Assembly: GCA_963555995.3 (NCBI GenBank)
Contig: OY821641.1
Coordinates: 3,732,716-3,796,715, forward strand
Direction of reading: 5' to 3'
Source: Vicinamibacteria bacterium
GTDB lineage: Bacteria > Acidobacteriota > Vicinamibacteria > Marinacidobacterales > Marinacidobacteraceae
Length of the DNA: 64,000 nucleotides
Below the pieces are notes generated by a model, which was given only the letters and a program-made list of their open reading frames with translations, was not told the DNA's origin and made no database searches. Each line of letters starts with the position of its first letter. Position 1 is the first letter of the stretch. A program made the position numbers and the translations under genes. This document shows, piece after piece, positions 47,854 to 57,251 of the stretch.

Positions 47854-49695
47854 CTACGGAACGAGGGCGCGCGCCGCCCGCCGGAGCGTCGTGATGGCGT
47901 CCCGGAAGCGCTTCTGTGCTGTTTCGATGCCCTCCGGCCGGTTCGCCCGGAGCCAGAGTTCCCGGAACCGGCGGGCGAGTTCGCTCTGCCGGTCGGCAAG
48001 CGCCGCGAGCTCTTCGGCCAGGCGGCGGTCGCCGGGCGAGCCGCTCCGTCCCGACTGACGGAAGCGGAGCGTGGCGAGGCCGCGTTCGGCTGCGAGCAGC
48101 GAAGCCTCCAGCGCGAAGCGCCACTCCGCGCCCGTGAGCCCCGGGGGCAGGCCGCGAACCTCGGTCTCGGCGGCGAGGCGGCGGAGCGCCGCGAGCGTCG
48201 CTTCCAGGGCTTCGCGCACCGGCGCCCGGGCGCTCCGCCGCAGGCGGGTCTCGAAGAACACGGTCTTGAGCGGCGAATGGTTGAAGTGCGAGAACCCGGT
48301 GTCGTGCAGCCTCCCGAGCCGGGTGGCGAACTGTCCGGAGAACCCGGACGCATCCGCCGTCACGTGTTCGGAGAACGCCGCGGCGAGTTCGCTCTCGGGC
48401 CGGCCCTCGTCCCCCCAGGCCGCTTCGGCGCCCGCCGCGATCGGGAAGAGCGAACCGCCGAACAGGTTGTAGTGGCCGCCGTCCCCCCAGTCGGTGACGA
48501 TGAACCCCGAAGCCCCGAAGCGTTTCGCGGCGCGGGCGTGTCCCCGGATGTTGGGGAGGGAGGTGTCGAAGCGCGGAAACAGGCTCGTCCAGGAGGATGT
48601 GCCCGCTACGGTCAGGAAGTCGCGGCCCGCCTCCCGGAAGCGCCGCACCCGGTCGAAGTCGTGATCCGGCTCGTACCACCAGTCGGCCAGCGTGATGGAG
48701 GAATCGAGCAGGTCGAGCGCCTCGGGATGGTCGGCGATGACGTCAGCCCAGATCATGGGCCGCTTCCCGAGCTCGCGAGCCATCCCCGCGACCCGGTTCA
48801 CGTGTCCCGTGAAGACCGTCGCCGGCCCTTCGCGGCCCGCCCGCTCGCTCGAAAGCCCCTTCCCGAGATCGACCGGTTCGTCGCAGTTGAGGTGGGCCCA
48901 CCCCGAGGCGAAGTGGGGCAGGTATTCCTCGAGCAGGTCCCGGAGCAGCGGGTACGTTCCCGGGGCCTCCGGCGAGACGGACCACAGCCGGTCGGATTCC
49001 GCGAGATGCCGGTAGGGAGCTTTCTCCAGGATGCGGCGGAAGTGGCCGAACGTCTGGAGGCAGGGGACGAGTTCCACCCCGCACTCGCGGGCGCAGCCGT
49101 CGAGCTCCCGGATCTCCGCCGCCGCATACCCCCCCGAACCCGCGCCGATCTCGGGATGCCGCTCGAACTGGAAGGTGTGCTCGGTGTAGAGGTACAGCTC
49201 GTTGTAGCGGAGGCGGGCCAGGAGCTCGAGGAGCCAACGGACGGTCTCCGGGCGGGGCACCTTGCCGCGCGAGATGTCGAGCAGGAATCCCCGGCGGCGG
49301 AGCGCGGGGGCGTCCCGAATGTGAACCGCGGGAACCCGGCCGTCCGGGCCAGTGAGCTGAGCCAGCGTCTCGGCCCCGTAGCGGAGTCCCGCGGCGTCAC
49401 CGCGTAGTCGGGCGCCTGCCGCACCGACCCGAAGCTCGAAGCTGTCCGGATCCGCATCGGCTTCGGAAAGGACGACGTTCCCGGTGGAGGTCGCCGGAGC
49501 GGCGGTGACGGCGAGATCGAGGGCGGCGCGTTCGCAGAGGCGGCCGGACAGGAATACCGCCGCCCGCCGTTCCGCGGGGGAGCCGGAATCGAGGACGAGC
49601 TGGAATCCGCGATCCAGTCGAAGGACTCCCGGCAGGCGCTCGACCCGGCGCGGCGAGGGCAACAGCCGGGCGACGGGATCGTCCGGGCGGGCCAT
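47854..49695 (-). CDS. Glycoside hydrolase family 20 (beta-N-acetylhexosaminidase-like)
   Basis: IRDAP..RRGFLLDISR, LYTEHTF, LQTFGH, HLNCDE catalytic pair and TDWGDGGH. Confidence 0.88.
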   Translation of the reverse strand: MARPDDPVARLLPSPRRVERLPGVLRLDRGFQLVLDSGSPAERRAAVFLSGRLCERAALDLAVTAAPATSTGNVVLSEADADPDSFELRVGAAGARLRGDAAGLRYGAETLAQLTGPDGRVPAVHIRDAPALRRRGFLLDISRGKVPRPETVRWLLELLARLRYNELYLYTEHTFQFERHPEIGAGSGGYAAAEIRELDGCARECGVELVPCLQTFGHFRRILEKAPYRHLAESDRLWSVSPEAPGTYPLLRDLLEEYLPHFASGWAHLNCDEPVDLGKGLSSERAGREGPATVFTGHVNRVAGMARELGKRPMIWADVIADHPEALDLLDSSITLADWWYEPDHDFDRVRRFREAGRDFLTVAGTSSWTSLFPRFDTSLPNIRGHARAAKRFGASGFIVTDWGDGGHYNLFGGSLFPIAAGAEAAWGDEGRPESELAAAFSEHVTADASGFSGQFATRLGRLHDTGFSHFNHSPLKTVFFETRLRRSARAPVREALEATLAALRRLAAETEVRGLPPGLTGAEWRFALEASLLAAERGLATLRFRQSGRSGSPGDRRLAEELAALADRQSELARRFRELWLRANRPEGIETAQKRFRDAITTLRRAARALVP

Positions 49696-49730
49696 CCACC
49701 GCACTCTACCGTTGGTATCTTTCCGGTCCG

Positions 49731-50390
49731 TTGAGCAACTGGGAGATCGCCGTGCGGGCCGCCTCGTGGGCGGAACCCGGCATGGTGATCGGGCTGGGGA
49801 CCGGCCGGGCGGCGGCCGGCTTCGTGCGGGAACTCGGGCAACGGGTGCGGAACGGCTTGCAGGTCCGCGGGATCCCGACCTCCCGAGCCACCGAGTCGCT
49901 GGCCCGCTCGCTGGACATCCCGTTGATCGGATTCGACGAGGTGGCCGCCGTGGATCTGGCGGTGGACGGCGCCGACGAGGTGGACCCGGACCGGAACCTC
50001 ATCAAGGGGCACGGCGGGGCGCTGGTTCGGGAGCGGGTGGTGGCGGCCGCGGCTTCCCGATTCGTGGTCCTGGTGGGTCCGGAGAAGCTCTCGCACCGGC
50101 TCGGCGCGAAGCGGTCCGTTCCGGTGGAGGCAATCCCCTTCGCGGTGGCCCAGGTGCAAAGGGCCCTCGAACGGATGGGCGCCGAGGCCGAGATCCGCAC
50201 TGAGTCCGACGGCAATCCGTTCGTCACCGACAACCGGAACCTGCTCGTCAACGCCGCCTTCGGCGAGATCGCCGATCCCGGGGCGCTGCACCGGCAGATC
50301 CGGGACATTCCGGGGGTACTCGATTCGGGGCTCTTCGCCGGGATGGCCGACGAGGTGCTGGTCGAGGGTCAGCACGCGCTTCCGTCCTGA
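49731..50390 (+). CDS. rpiA: Ribose-5-phosphate isomerase A
   Basis: IGLGTG, VDGADEVD, IKGHGGAL and VTDNRN. Confidence 0.95.
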   Translation: MSNWEIAVRAASWAEPGMVIGLGTGRAAAGFVRELGQRVRNGLQVRGIPTSRATESLARSLDIPLIGFDEVAAVDLAVDGADEVDPDRNLIKGHGGALVRERVVAAAASRFVVLVGPEKLSHRLGAKRSVPVEAIPFAVAQVQRALERMGAEAEIRTESDGNPFVTDNRNLLVNAAFGEIADPGALHRQIRDIPGVLDSGLFAGMADEVLVEGQHALPS

Positions 50391-50404
50391 GGCGTGGCAG
50401 CTTC

Positions 50405-51139
50405 GTGAAGGGCGTCGCGATCTCGTTTAGCGAGGTCACGAAGAGCTTCGACGAGAAGCTCGTTCTGGATCGGGTGTCGCTCGACGTGTCGCCCGGCGAG
50501 GTTCTGGTCCTGCTCGGCCGGAGCGGCTGCGGCAAGACGACCCTCCTCCGGCTCGTCAACCGGCTCGTGGATGCCGATGCCGGCGAGGTGTACGTCGGCG
50601 GGCGCGAAGTCGCCGACTGGGACCCGGTCGAACTCCGGCGCGGCATCGGGTACGCCATCCAGGGGGTGGGGCTGCTGCCCCACCTCAGCGTGGGCGACAA
50701 CGTCTCGCTCGTGCCCCGGCTGCTCGGCTGGGACCCGGAGCGCCGCCGGGAGCGCGCCGCGGAGATGCTGCGTCTCGTCGGCCTCGATCCCGGGGAGCAC
50801 GGCGGCCGCCGTCCGGACCAGCTCTCGGGCGGACAGCGCCAGCGTGTCGGAGTGGCGCGCGCCCTGGCGGCCGATCCGCAGGCGCTGCTCATGGACGAGC
50901 CCTTCGGCGCCGTGGACCCGATCGGGCGCCGCGGCCTGCAGGAGGAGTTCCGGTCGCTGTCCCGGGAACTCGGCAAGACGGTGCTCTTCGTGACCCACGA
51001 CGTGACGGAGGCCTTCCGGCTGGCCGACCGGATCGCGGTGGTGGCCGACGGCGGCATCCGCCAGGTCGGGACTCCGCGCGAGATTCGCGGCGCTCCTGCC
51101 GACGAATTGGTGAGCAGCCTCATCGAGGGCGCCGCATGA
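50405..51139 (+). CDS. Osmoprotectant (glycine betaine/proline/choline) ABC transporter ATP-binding subunit
   Basis: GRSGCGKT, LRRGIGYAIQ, LSGGQRQRVG and MDEPFGAVD. Confidence 0.92.
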   Translation: MKGVAISFSEVTKSFDEKLVLDRVSLDVSPGEVLVLLGRSGCGKTTLLRLVNRLVDADAGEVYVGGREVADWDPVELRRGIGYAIQGVGLLPHLSVGDNVSLVPRLLGWDPERRRERAAEMLRLVGLDPGEHGGRRPDQLSGGQRQRVGVARALAADPQALLMDEPFGAVDPIGRRGLQEEFRSLSRELGKTVLFVTHDVTEAFRLADRIAVVADGGIRQVGTPREIRGAPADELVSSLIEGAA

Positions 51140-51786
51140 GCTTCCTCGAGTTCCTCGCGGGCCGCTGGCCCGAGATCCTCACCCTCACCCTCGAACACGT
51201 GGTCCTGGTGGTGATCTCCACGGTGGCCGGAGTGTTGATCGCGGTGCCCCTCGGGCTCGCGATCACCCGCATCCCCGCGCTCGGCCGCCCGGTGCTCGGC
51301 TTCGCGGGGGTCATCCAGACCGTGCCCTCGCTCGCGCTGTTCGGGCTTCTCATTCCGCTGCCGTTCATCGGCGGCATCGGGAGCCGGACCGCGATCATCG
51401 CGCTCGTCCTCTACGCGCTGCTGCCCATCCTCCGGAACACGGTGACCGGGGTGCGCCAGGTGGATCCGGCGATCCTCGACGCCGCGAACGGGATGGGCAT
51501 GACCGACTGGCAGCGGCTCACGCTCGTCGAGGTCCCGCTCGCGCTACCGTCCATCTTCTCGGGGATCCGCATCGCGACGGTGGTCGGGGTGGGTCTCGTG
51601 ACGATCGCCGCCGCGGTCGGCGCCGGCGGCCTCGGATCGCTGATCTTCCGGGGCCTCGCGATGCTCGATTCCCGGCTCCTCTTCGCTGGGGCGATCCCCT
51701 CGGCGATCCTCGCGTTGCTCGCGGACGGCGGGCTCGCGATGCTCGAGGCGCGGCTCGTGGCGTCCCGCGGGGCGCCCGCGTCATGA
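51136..51786 (+). CDS. Osmoprotectant ABC transporter permease
   Basis: QTVPSLAL, LPILRNT, EAA-like DAANGMGM and GAGGLG. Confidence 0.92.
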   Translation: MSFLEFLAGRWPEILTLTLEHVVLVVISTVAGVLIAVPLGLAITRIPALGRPVLGFAGVIQTVPSLALFGLLIPLPFIGGIGSRTAIIALVLYALLPILRNTVTGVRQVDPAILDAANGMGMTDWQRLTLVEVPLALPSIFSGIRIATVVGVGLVTIAAAVGAGGLGSLIFRGLAMLDSRLLFAGAIPSAILALLADGGLAMLEARLVASRGAPAS

Positions 51787-52685
51787 AACAGGCCATGCGC
51801 CGCCGCCGGTTTCTCGCGGGCGCCCTGGGCGCGCCGGCGGCGCTCCTGACCTCCGGGCCGGGCGGCGCGGGGTGCGGCCCCGGCGGTCCGTCGGCGGTCC
51901 TCGGCGCGAAGACCTATTCGGAACAGATCATCCTCGGCGAACTGCTGGCGCGGCTGCTGCGCGCTTCGGGCCTGGCCGTGACCGAGCGGTTCCAGATGCA
52001 GACGTTCGTGCTCCACACGGCGATCGTGAACGGCGATCTCGACTGCTACATCGAATACACCGGGACGTCCTACTCGGCGATCATGCACGAGACGTTTGTG
52101 GCCGGGCAGACCGCGGAAGCGATCTACGAGCGGGTGAAGGAGCTCTACCGGGAGCGCTTCGACCTGCGGCTCGGTCCGCCGATCGGCTTCGCGAACGACT
52201 ACGTCATCGCCGTCCCGCGGGACTTCGCGGCGGAGCGGGGCCTCGCGACGATCTCCGACCTGGCCCGGATCTCCGACTACCGCTTCGTCGCCGGCTACCC
52301 GTTCTACGAACGCGCGGACGGGCTCCGCGGCATGATGGACCACTACGGATTCACCGAAATGCCGGAGTCCATCGAGGTCGAGGTGGACATGGTCTTCCAG
52401 GTCATGGAGGCCGGTCGGGCCGACGTGGCGGTGGGGAACTCCACCGACGGACGGCTCGCCAAGCTGGACCTGCTCGTGCTGGAGGACGATCTCGGCTGGT
52501 TCCCTCCCTACGAGTCGGCGCTCCTCTGCCGGCCCGACGCCCACCCCGCGGTGGCGGAACTCGCGGAGCGCCTCGGCGGCGCGATCAGTACCGAGACCAT
52601 GCGGGCGCTCAACCGCCGGGTGGACGTCGACGGCGAACAGCCGGCCGACGTCGCGGCAGAGTTCTTCGCGACACTGACCGGCTGA
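51783..52685 (+). CDS. Osmoprotectant ABC transporter substrate-binding protein (OpuAC/OsmF), Tat-like signal
   Basis: RRRFL signal, KTYSEQ, YIEYTGT, ERADG and FPPYE. Confidence 0.9.
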   Translation: MKQAMRRRRFLAGALGAPAALLTSGPGGAGCGPGGPSAVLGAKTYSEQIILGELLARLLRASGLAVTERFQMQTFVLHTAIVNGDLDCYIEYTGTSYSAIMHETFVAGQTAEAIYERVKELYRERFDLRLGPPIGFANDYVIAVPRDFAAERGLATISDLARISDYRFVAGYPFYERADGLRGMMDHYGFTEMPESIEVEVDMVFQVMEAGRADVAVGNSTDGRLAKLDLLVLEDDLGWFPPYESALLCRPDAHPAVAELAERLGGAISTETMRALNRRVDVDGEQPADVAAEFFATLTG

Positions 52686-52686
52686 C

Positions 52687-52830
52687 GGCTTGGAACGCCG
52701 GTCTCCAGACCGGCACGCGAGGCGCTCCGCGCCGCGCACGTCGCAGCCCCACCCACCCTCACGGCGTGTTCGGCCGGGAACGCCGGCCTTCAGGCCGGCA
52801 CCGCCCGCCGGAGGCGGGCGGAACGCACGG
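52687..52830 (+). repeat. REP pair
   Basis: GGAACGCCGGTCTCCAGACCGGCAC and GGAACGCCGGCCTTCAGGCCGGCAC. Confidence 0.88.
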
Positions 52831-52893
52831 CGGTCACTGCTCTGGCGGCGCGCACACGGACTCCGCCAAGGCTCTCAGCGTGAGAAACCCGGG

Positions 52894-53556
52894 CTAGCCC
52901 GGCCCGGCGCGCTCCCGCCGCAGGCGGCGCCGTCCCTCCAGCACCAGCAGCGACAGCCCGATCCCGACGATCCCGACGGCGATGAGCGCGCTTCGCAGGA
53001 CGATGCGCGTGGTGGCGGCGAAGACGCTGGTCCCGTCCGTCCGGACCCGGACTTCGAGTCCCTTGCCGAGGAACCGGTCGAGCGGGCGGCCCCAGGAGAG
53101 CACGTTGCCGCGCTGGAGGGGACCGTCGCTGTTGTGCTCCACGATCCTGCCTTCGGTGCGCACGCGGATTTCGACATTCGCTCCGGGCGGCGGTGAAGCG
53201 GCCGGCTGTGGCGCGATGGTCATCGCGAGATCGAAGCCGCCGTCGCCGGTCCGCCGGAAACTGCACTCGCGGTTCAGGAATGGCGCGTCGCAGAGCGCGG
53301 CGACCGAGTCGAACGTCACCACCGCCTCGATCCGGCCGCCGCGCGTCGAACGGGTCTCGGTGACGGTCAGCCCGGGCACGGAGAGCCCCGCGCGCAGCCG
53401 GGCGGCCGCGTTCGCCGGTTCGTCGCCCGGCGCCAGGTGGGACGCCATCAGGAGCACCGACCGGCCCGAGCCGTCGAGTGCGAGCCGGTGGTGCTCTTCC
53501 CACGCCGCCGGCGCGCACCCGAGCCCCGCTCCCAGGATCAGCGCGGCCCCGGTCCA
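52894..53556 (-). CDS. Hypothetical lipoprotein-like protein with C-terminal TM anchor (start codon not identifiable)
   Basis: Frame reads AALILGAGLGC...beta-rich domain...SALIAVGIVGIGLSLLVLEGRRRL. No clear ATG/GTG precedes the lipobox. Confidence 0.5.
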   Translation of the reverse strand, partial: WTGAALILGAGLGCAPAAWEEHHRLALDGSGRSVLLMASHLAPGDEPANAAARLRAGLSVPGLTVTETRSTRGGRIEAVVTFDSVAALCDAPFLNRECSFRRTGDGGFDLAMTIAPQPAASPPPGANVEIRVRTEGRIVEHNSDGPLQRGNVLSWGRPLDRFLGKGLEVRVRTDGTSVFAATTRIVLRSALIAVGIVGIGLSLLVLEGRRRLRRERAGPG

Positions 53557-53583
53557 CCCGTAGAATCCGGGCGACTTTCTTCG

Positions 53584-56217
53584 ATGGCCGAAGCGACCCT
53601 GCTGCTGGTGGACGGCAACAACCTGCTGTTCCGCTCGTTCTTCGCGATGCCGCGGCTCACCCGGTCGGACGGCCTGCCGAACGGCGCCCTCCACGGCTTC
53701 GTCGCCACCCTCCGGAAGATCCTGCGCGAGGAGACGCCCGAGTACGCCGCGGTGGCCTTCGACGCGCCCGGGCCGACGTTCCGTCACGAGGCGTACCCGG
53801 ACTACAAGGCCAACCGGCCCGAAATGCCCCCCGAGCTGGCGCGGCAGGTTCCGTTCACGCGGGATCTCACGCGGGTGCTGGGAGTGACGGTGGTCGAGGT
53901 CGCCGGGGTGGAAGCGGACGATGTGATCGGAACCCTGGCCCGCGCCGGGAGCGGCAGAGGGTACCGGGTGCTGGTCGTTTCGGGCGACAAGGACCTGCTG
54001 CAGTTGGTGGACGACCGGGTCCACGTCGTGCCTCCCGCGGACACCACCAGCCGGCTCGATGCGGCGGGGGTCGAGGCGAAGCTGAAGGTCCCGCCGGATC
54101 GGGTGCCCGACTACCTGGGTCTCGTCGGGGACTCCGTGGACAACATCCCGGGCGTTCCGGGGGTCGGCGCGAAGACGGCGGCGTCCCTGATCGCGTCGTT
54201 CGGCGGGATCGAGGAGATCCTCGCCCGCGCCGGAGAGATCCCGCGCAAGCGGACGGCGGCGCTCCTCGCGGAGCACGCCGCCTCGGCGCGCATCTCGCGG
54301 GAACTTGCGCTGCTCCGCCTCGACGTGCCGGTTCCGGGGGCGGGCGAGCGGCTGGAAGGGCTGCGGTACCAGGGGCCGCGGGTCGAGGACGCCCGCAAGC
54401 TGCTCGAGGAACTGGAGCTCCGCACCCACGCCCGCGACCTCGCCCCGGCGGCGCCTCCCCCGGCGCGGCTCCCCCGGGTCAGCACTGCCGCCGGACTCGG
54501 CGACGTGCGGCGGACGCTGGAGGCGGCCGGAGAACGCGGACGGATCGCGGTGCACGCGGCCTTCGGGCCATCCCGCGACCGGAGCCCGGCGCCGCTGGTC
54601 GGGCTGGGCCTCGCGGCTTCCGACGAATCCGGACTGCTCGTCGCGGTCGGCTCCCGCGTCCGGGAAGACGAACTCGCCGAGGTGTTGCGTCCGGCGCTCT
54701 CGAATGGCGTCGCCGTGGTGGGGCACGAGGTGCAGCCGTTCGTGCGGTGGACGATCGAGCAGGGGGGAGACCCGCCGCGCGTCGCCCACGACTCGCAGGT
54801 GGCGGCGTGGCTGCTGAACACCACCCGCCGCGCACAGGGGTTCGGCGACGTGCTGCGCGATTACGTAGGTCTCTCGCTGCCGGAGGCGAAGCCCGCGCCC
54901 GCCAGCCTGTTCGGCGACGCGGCGCCGGACGAACGATGGGCCATCGCCGCCGCCTGGCAGCATCGGCTCGCGGAGAAGCTGGACGGCCTCCTGGACGCCG
55001 AGGGCCTGTCGCGCGTCTTCCGGGAGATCGAGATGCCGCTGCTGCCGGTGCTGGCGCGCATCGAGACCCGCGGCATCCGCCTCGACGGGGACACGCTCCG
55101 GGAGTTCGGAAACGAGCTCCGCGAGCGGCTCGCGGGGCTGACGGAGCGGATCTACGAACTGGCCGGGACCCGCTTCGACATCCAGAGCCCCAAGCAGCTC
55201 GGGGAGATCCTCTTCGACAAGCTGCAACTCCCCCAAACCGCGAAGACGCAGAAGCTGAAGCGCGCCTCCACCCGCGCCGGGGTGCTCGAAGAGCTCGCGG
55301 ACCAGCACGAGGTTCCCCGCCTCGTCCTCGAGTACCGCGAGATCGCCAAGCTGAAGAGCACCTACGTGGATCCGCTGCCCGACCTCGTGTCGCCGGCGAC
55401 CGGCAGGCTCCACACGCGCCTGCACCAGGCGGTGGCGGCCACGGGGCGGCTCTCGAGTTCGGACCCGAACCTCCAGAACATTCCGGTCCGCTCCGACCTC
55501 GGACGCCGGGTGCGACAAGCGTTCATCGCCCCTCCGGGCCGGCGGCTGCTGTCGGCGGACTACTCCCAGATCGAGCTCCGCATCCTCGCCCACCTAAGCG
55601 GCGATCCGGTGCTCACCGAGGCGTTCCGCTCCGGCGAGGACATCCACGCCCGCACCGCGACGGAGGTCTTCGGCGGCTTCGGCCTCAGCCCGGCGGAGGC
55701 GCGCCGGCGGGCCAAGGTGGTGAACTTCTCGGTCATCTACGGCAAGACCGCCTTCACCCTCGCGAAGGAGATCGGCGTCTCCACCGGGCAGGCGAAATCG
55801 TTCATCGACGCGTACTTCGACCGCTACGCCCGGGTCCGGGACCTGATCGAGTCCATCCGGGAAGAGGCCCGCGACACCGGCCGGGTCACGACCCTCTTCG
55901 GCCGCCAGCGGCACATCCCCGAGATCCGCACCCAGCAGCGCGCCCGCCGCGAGGCCGCCGAGCGCATGGCGGTGAACGCCCCGATCCAGGGCGCCGCCGC
56001 CGACCTGATCAAGATCGCCATGCTCCGGGTCGAACGGGCGCTCGAAGCCACCTCGGGGCGGCTCCTCCTCCAGGTCCACGACGAACTGCTCATCGAGGTG
56101 GGGGCGGGCGAGGCGGAAGCGGTCGGCGAACTCGTCCGCCGCGAAATGGAGTCCGTCGCCGAGTTGCGGGTCCCCCTCGTCGCCGACATCACCATCGCGG
56201 CCTCCTGGGAACACTGA
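53584..56217 (+). CDS. polA: DNA polymerase I
   Basis: 5'-3' exonuclease (LVDG, YKANR, EADD, GDKD, GDSVDNIPG) and polymerase motifs A/B/C (ADYSQIELR, AKVVNFSVIYG, QVHDEL). TAGAAT at 53561. Confidence 0.98.
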   Translation: MAEATLLLVDGNNLLFRSFFAMPRLTRSDGLPNGALHGFVATLRKILREETPEYAAVAFDAPGPTFRHEAYPDYKANRPEMPPELARQVPFTRDLTRVLGVTVVEVAGVEADDVIGTLARAGSGRGYRVLVVSGDKDLLQLVDDRVHVVPPADTTSRLDAAGVEAKLKVPPDRVPDYLGLVGDSVDNIPGVPGVGAKTAASLIASFGGIEEILARAGEIPRKRTAALLAEHAASARISRELALLRLDVPVPGAGERLEGLRYQGPRVEDARKLLEELELRTHARDLAPAAPPPARLPRVSTAAGLGDVRRTLEAAGERGRIAVHAAFGPSRDRSPAPLVGLGLAASDESGLLVAVGSRVREDELAEVLRPALSNGVAVVGHEVQPFVRWTIEQGGDPPRVAHDSQVAAWLLNTTRRAQGFGDVLRDYVGLSLPEAKPAPASLFGDAAPDERWAIAAAWQHRLAEKLDGLLDAEGLSRVFREIEMPLLPVLARIETRGIRLDGDTLREFGNELRERLAGLTERIYELAGTRFDIQSPKQLGEILFDKLQLPQTAKTQKLKRASTRAGVLEELADQHEVPRLVLEYREIAKLKSTYVDPLPDLVSPATGRLHTRLHQAVAATGRLSSSDPNLQNIPVRSDLGRRVRQAFIAPPGRRLLSADYSQIELRILAHLSGDPVLTEAFRSGEDIHARTATEVFGGFGLSPAEARRRAKVVNFSVIYGKTAFTLAKEIGVSTGQAKSFIDAYFDRYARVRDLIESIREEARDTGRVTTLFGRQRHIPEIRTQQRARREAAERMAVNAPIQGAAADLIKIAMLRVERALEATSGRLLLQVHDELLIEVGAGEAEAVGELVRREMESVAELRVPLVADITIAASWEH

Positions 56218-57251
56218 GGGTGCGTCGAGGCCCCACTCGGCTGCCGGATGGCGTATCCGGGCCGATTTCAGCCGCCGCTGCCCAAACGGCCGATTTCAGC
56301 GTTACTCTCCGTTTCCCTTTCGACTTCGAATGATCCGAAGAATCCAGGCCCTCAACTATCGCTGTCTGAGGTACATCGACCTGGAACTGGACCGATTCCA
56401 TGTAGCGGTCGGCCCGAACGCGAGCGGAAAGAGCACGTTGTTTGATGTTGTCGCTTTCTTGGGCGACATGGTCCGGGGCGGGGTGGACTTTGCGGTCGCG
56501 GAGCGAACGCGCAATTTTCAGGACTTGGTTTGGGGGCGTCCCAAGGACAATCTGCGCTTTGAGTTGGCGGTCGAGTTTGAGGTCCCGGAGGACATTCGGG
56601 AGCGCCTTCCACAGGATCGGGGCTTCCGCCTTTTCCGCTATGAGGTGGCGGTCGAGGAACGAGACAACGAGGTCCGCATTCATTCGGAGCGGGGGCTCCT
56701 TATCCGTGAATCGCAGGGCCTTCAGCCGCAACAACGGACGCTGTTCCCCCTACCGCCTCCGGTTCGGAGCGGGATTCTCACGGGAGGCGGGAGGCCAGGT
56801 CTGAGAACCGTGCTCAGCAAGTCGCCCCAAAAGCGCGACAACTTCAACATCGAGGTATCTCCAGAGTCCGGTAAAGGGTGGGCGGTCAGCGTTTCCTTCG
56901 GTCCCCACCGATCGGCACTCGGGAACCTGCCGGAGTCCCCCGAGAAGTTTCCAGCAGCGACCCACGTGAAGAGGACCCTTACCGAGGGTGTGAAGTCGCT
57001 TTTCCTTGACGCTGATCGCATGCGGGAAGCAAGTCCTCCCAGCCTGCGGCGAAACGGCTTCGCGCCGGACGGGTCGAACCTTCCGTGGACCGTGAGGGCG
57101 CTCAAGGAGCAACACCCTGCCGACTACTCGCAGTGGATCGACCACGTCCGCACCGCACTTCAGGATCTGCACGAAGTGTCCGTGGTAGAGAGGGCCGAAG
57201 ACCGGCACACCTATCTCACACTGCGTTACCAGCCTGTGGTGAAAGTGGCGT

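Noticed and set aside
53478-56333. Long alternative-frame or antisense ORFs (e.g. 2035-4203, 17810-20398, 18376-20610, 36399-38786, 53478-56333)
   Set aside because: They are R/G/P/A-rich shadows of well-supported genes, as expected in very high-GC DNA.
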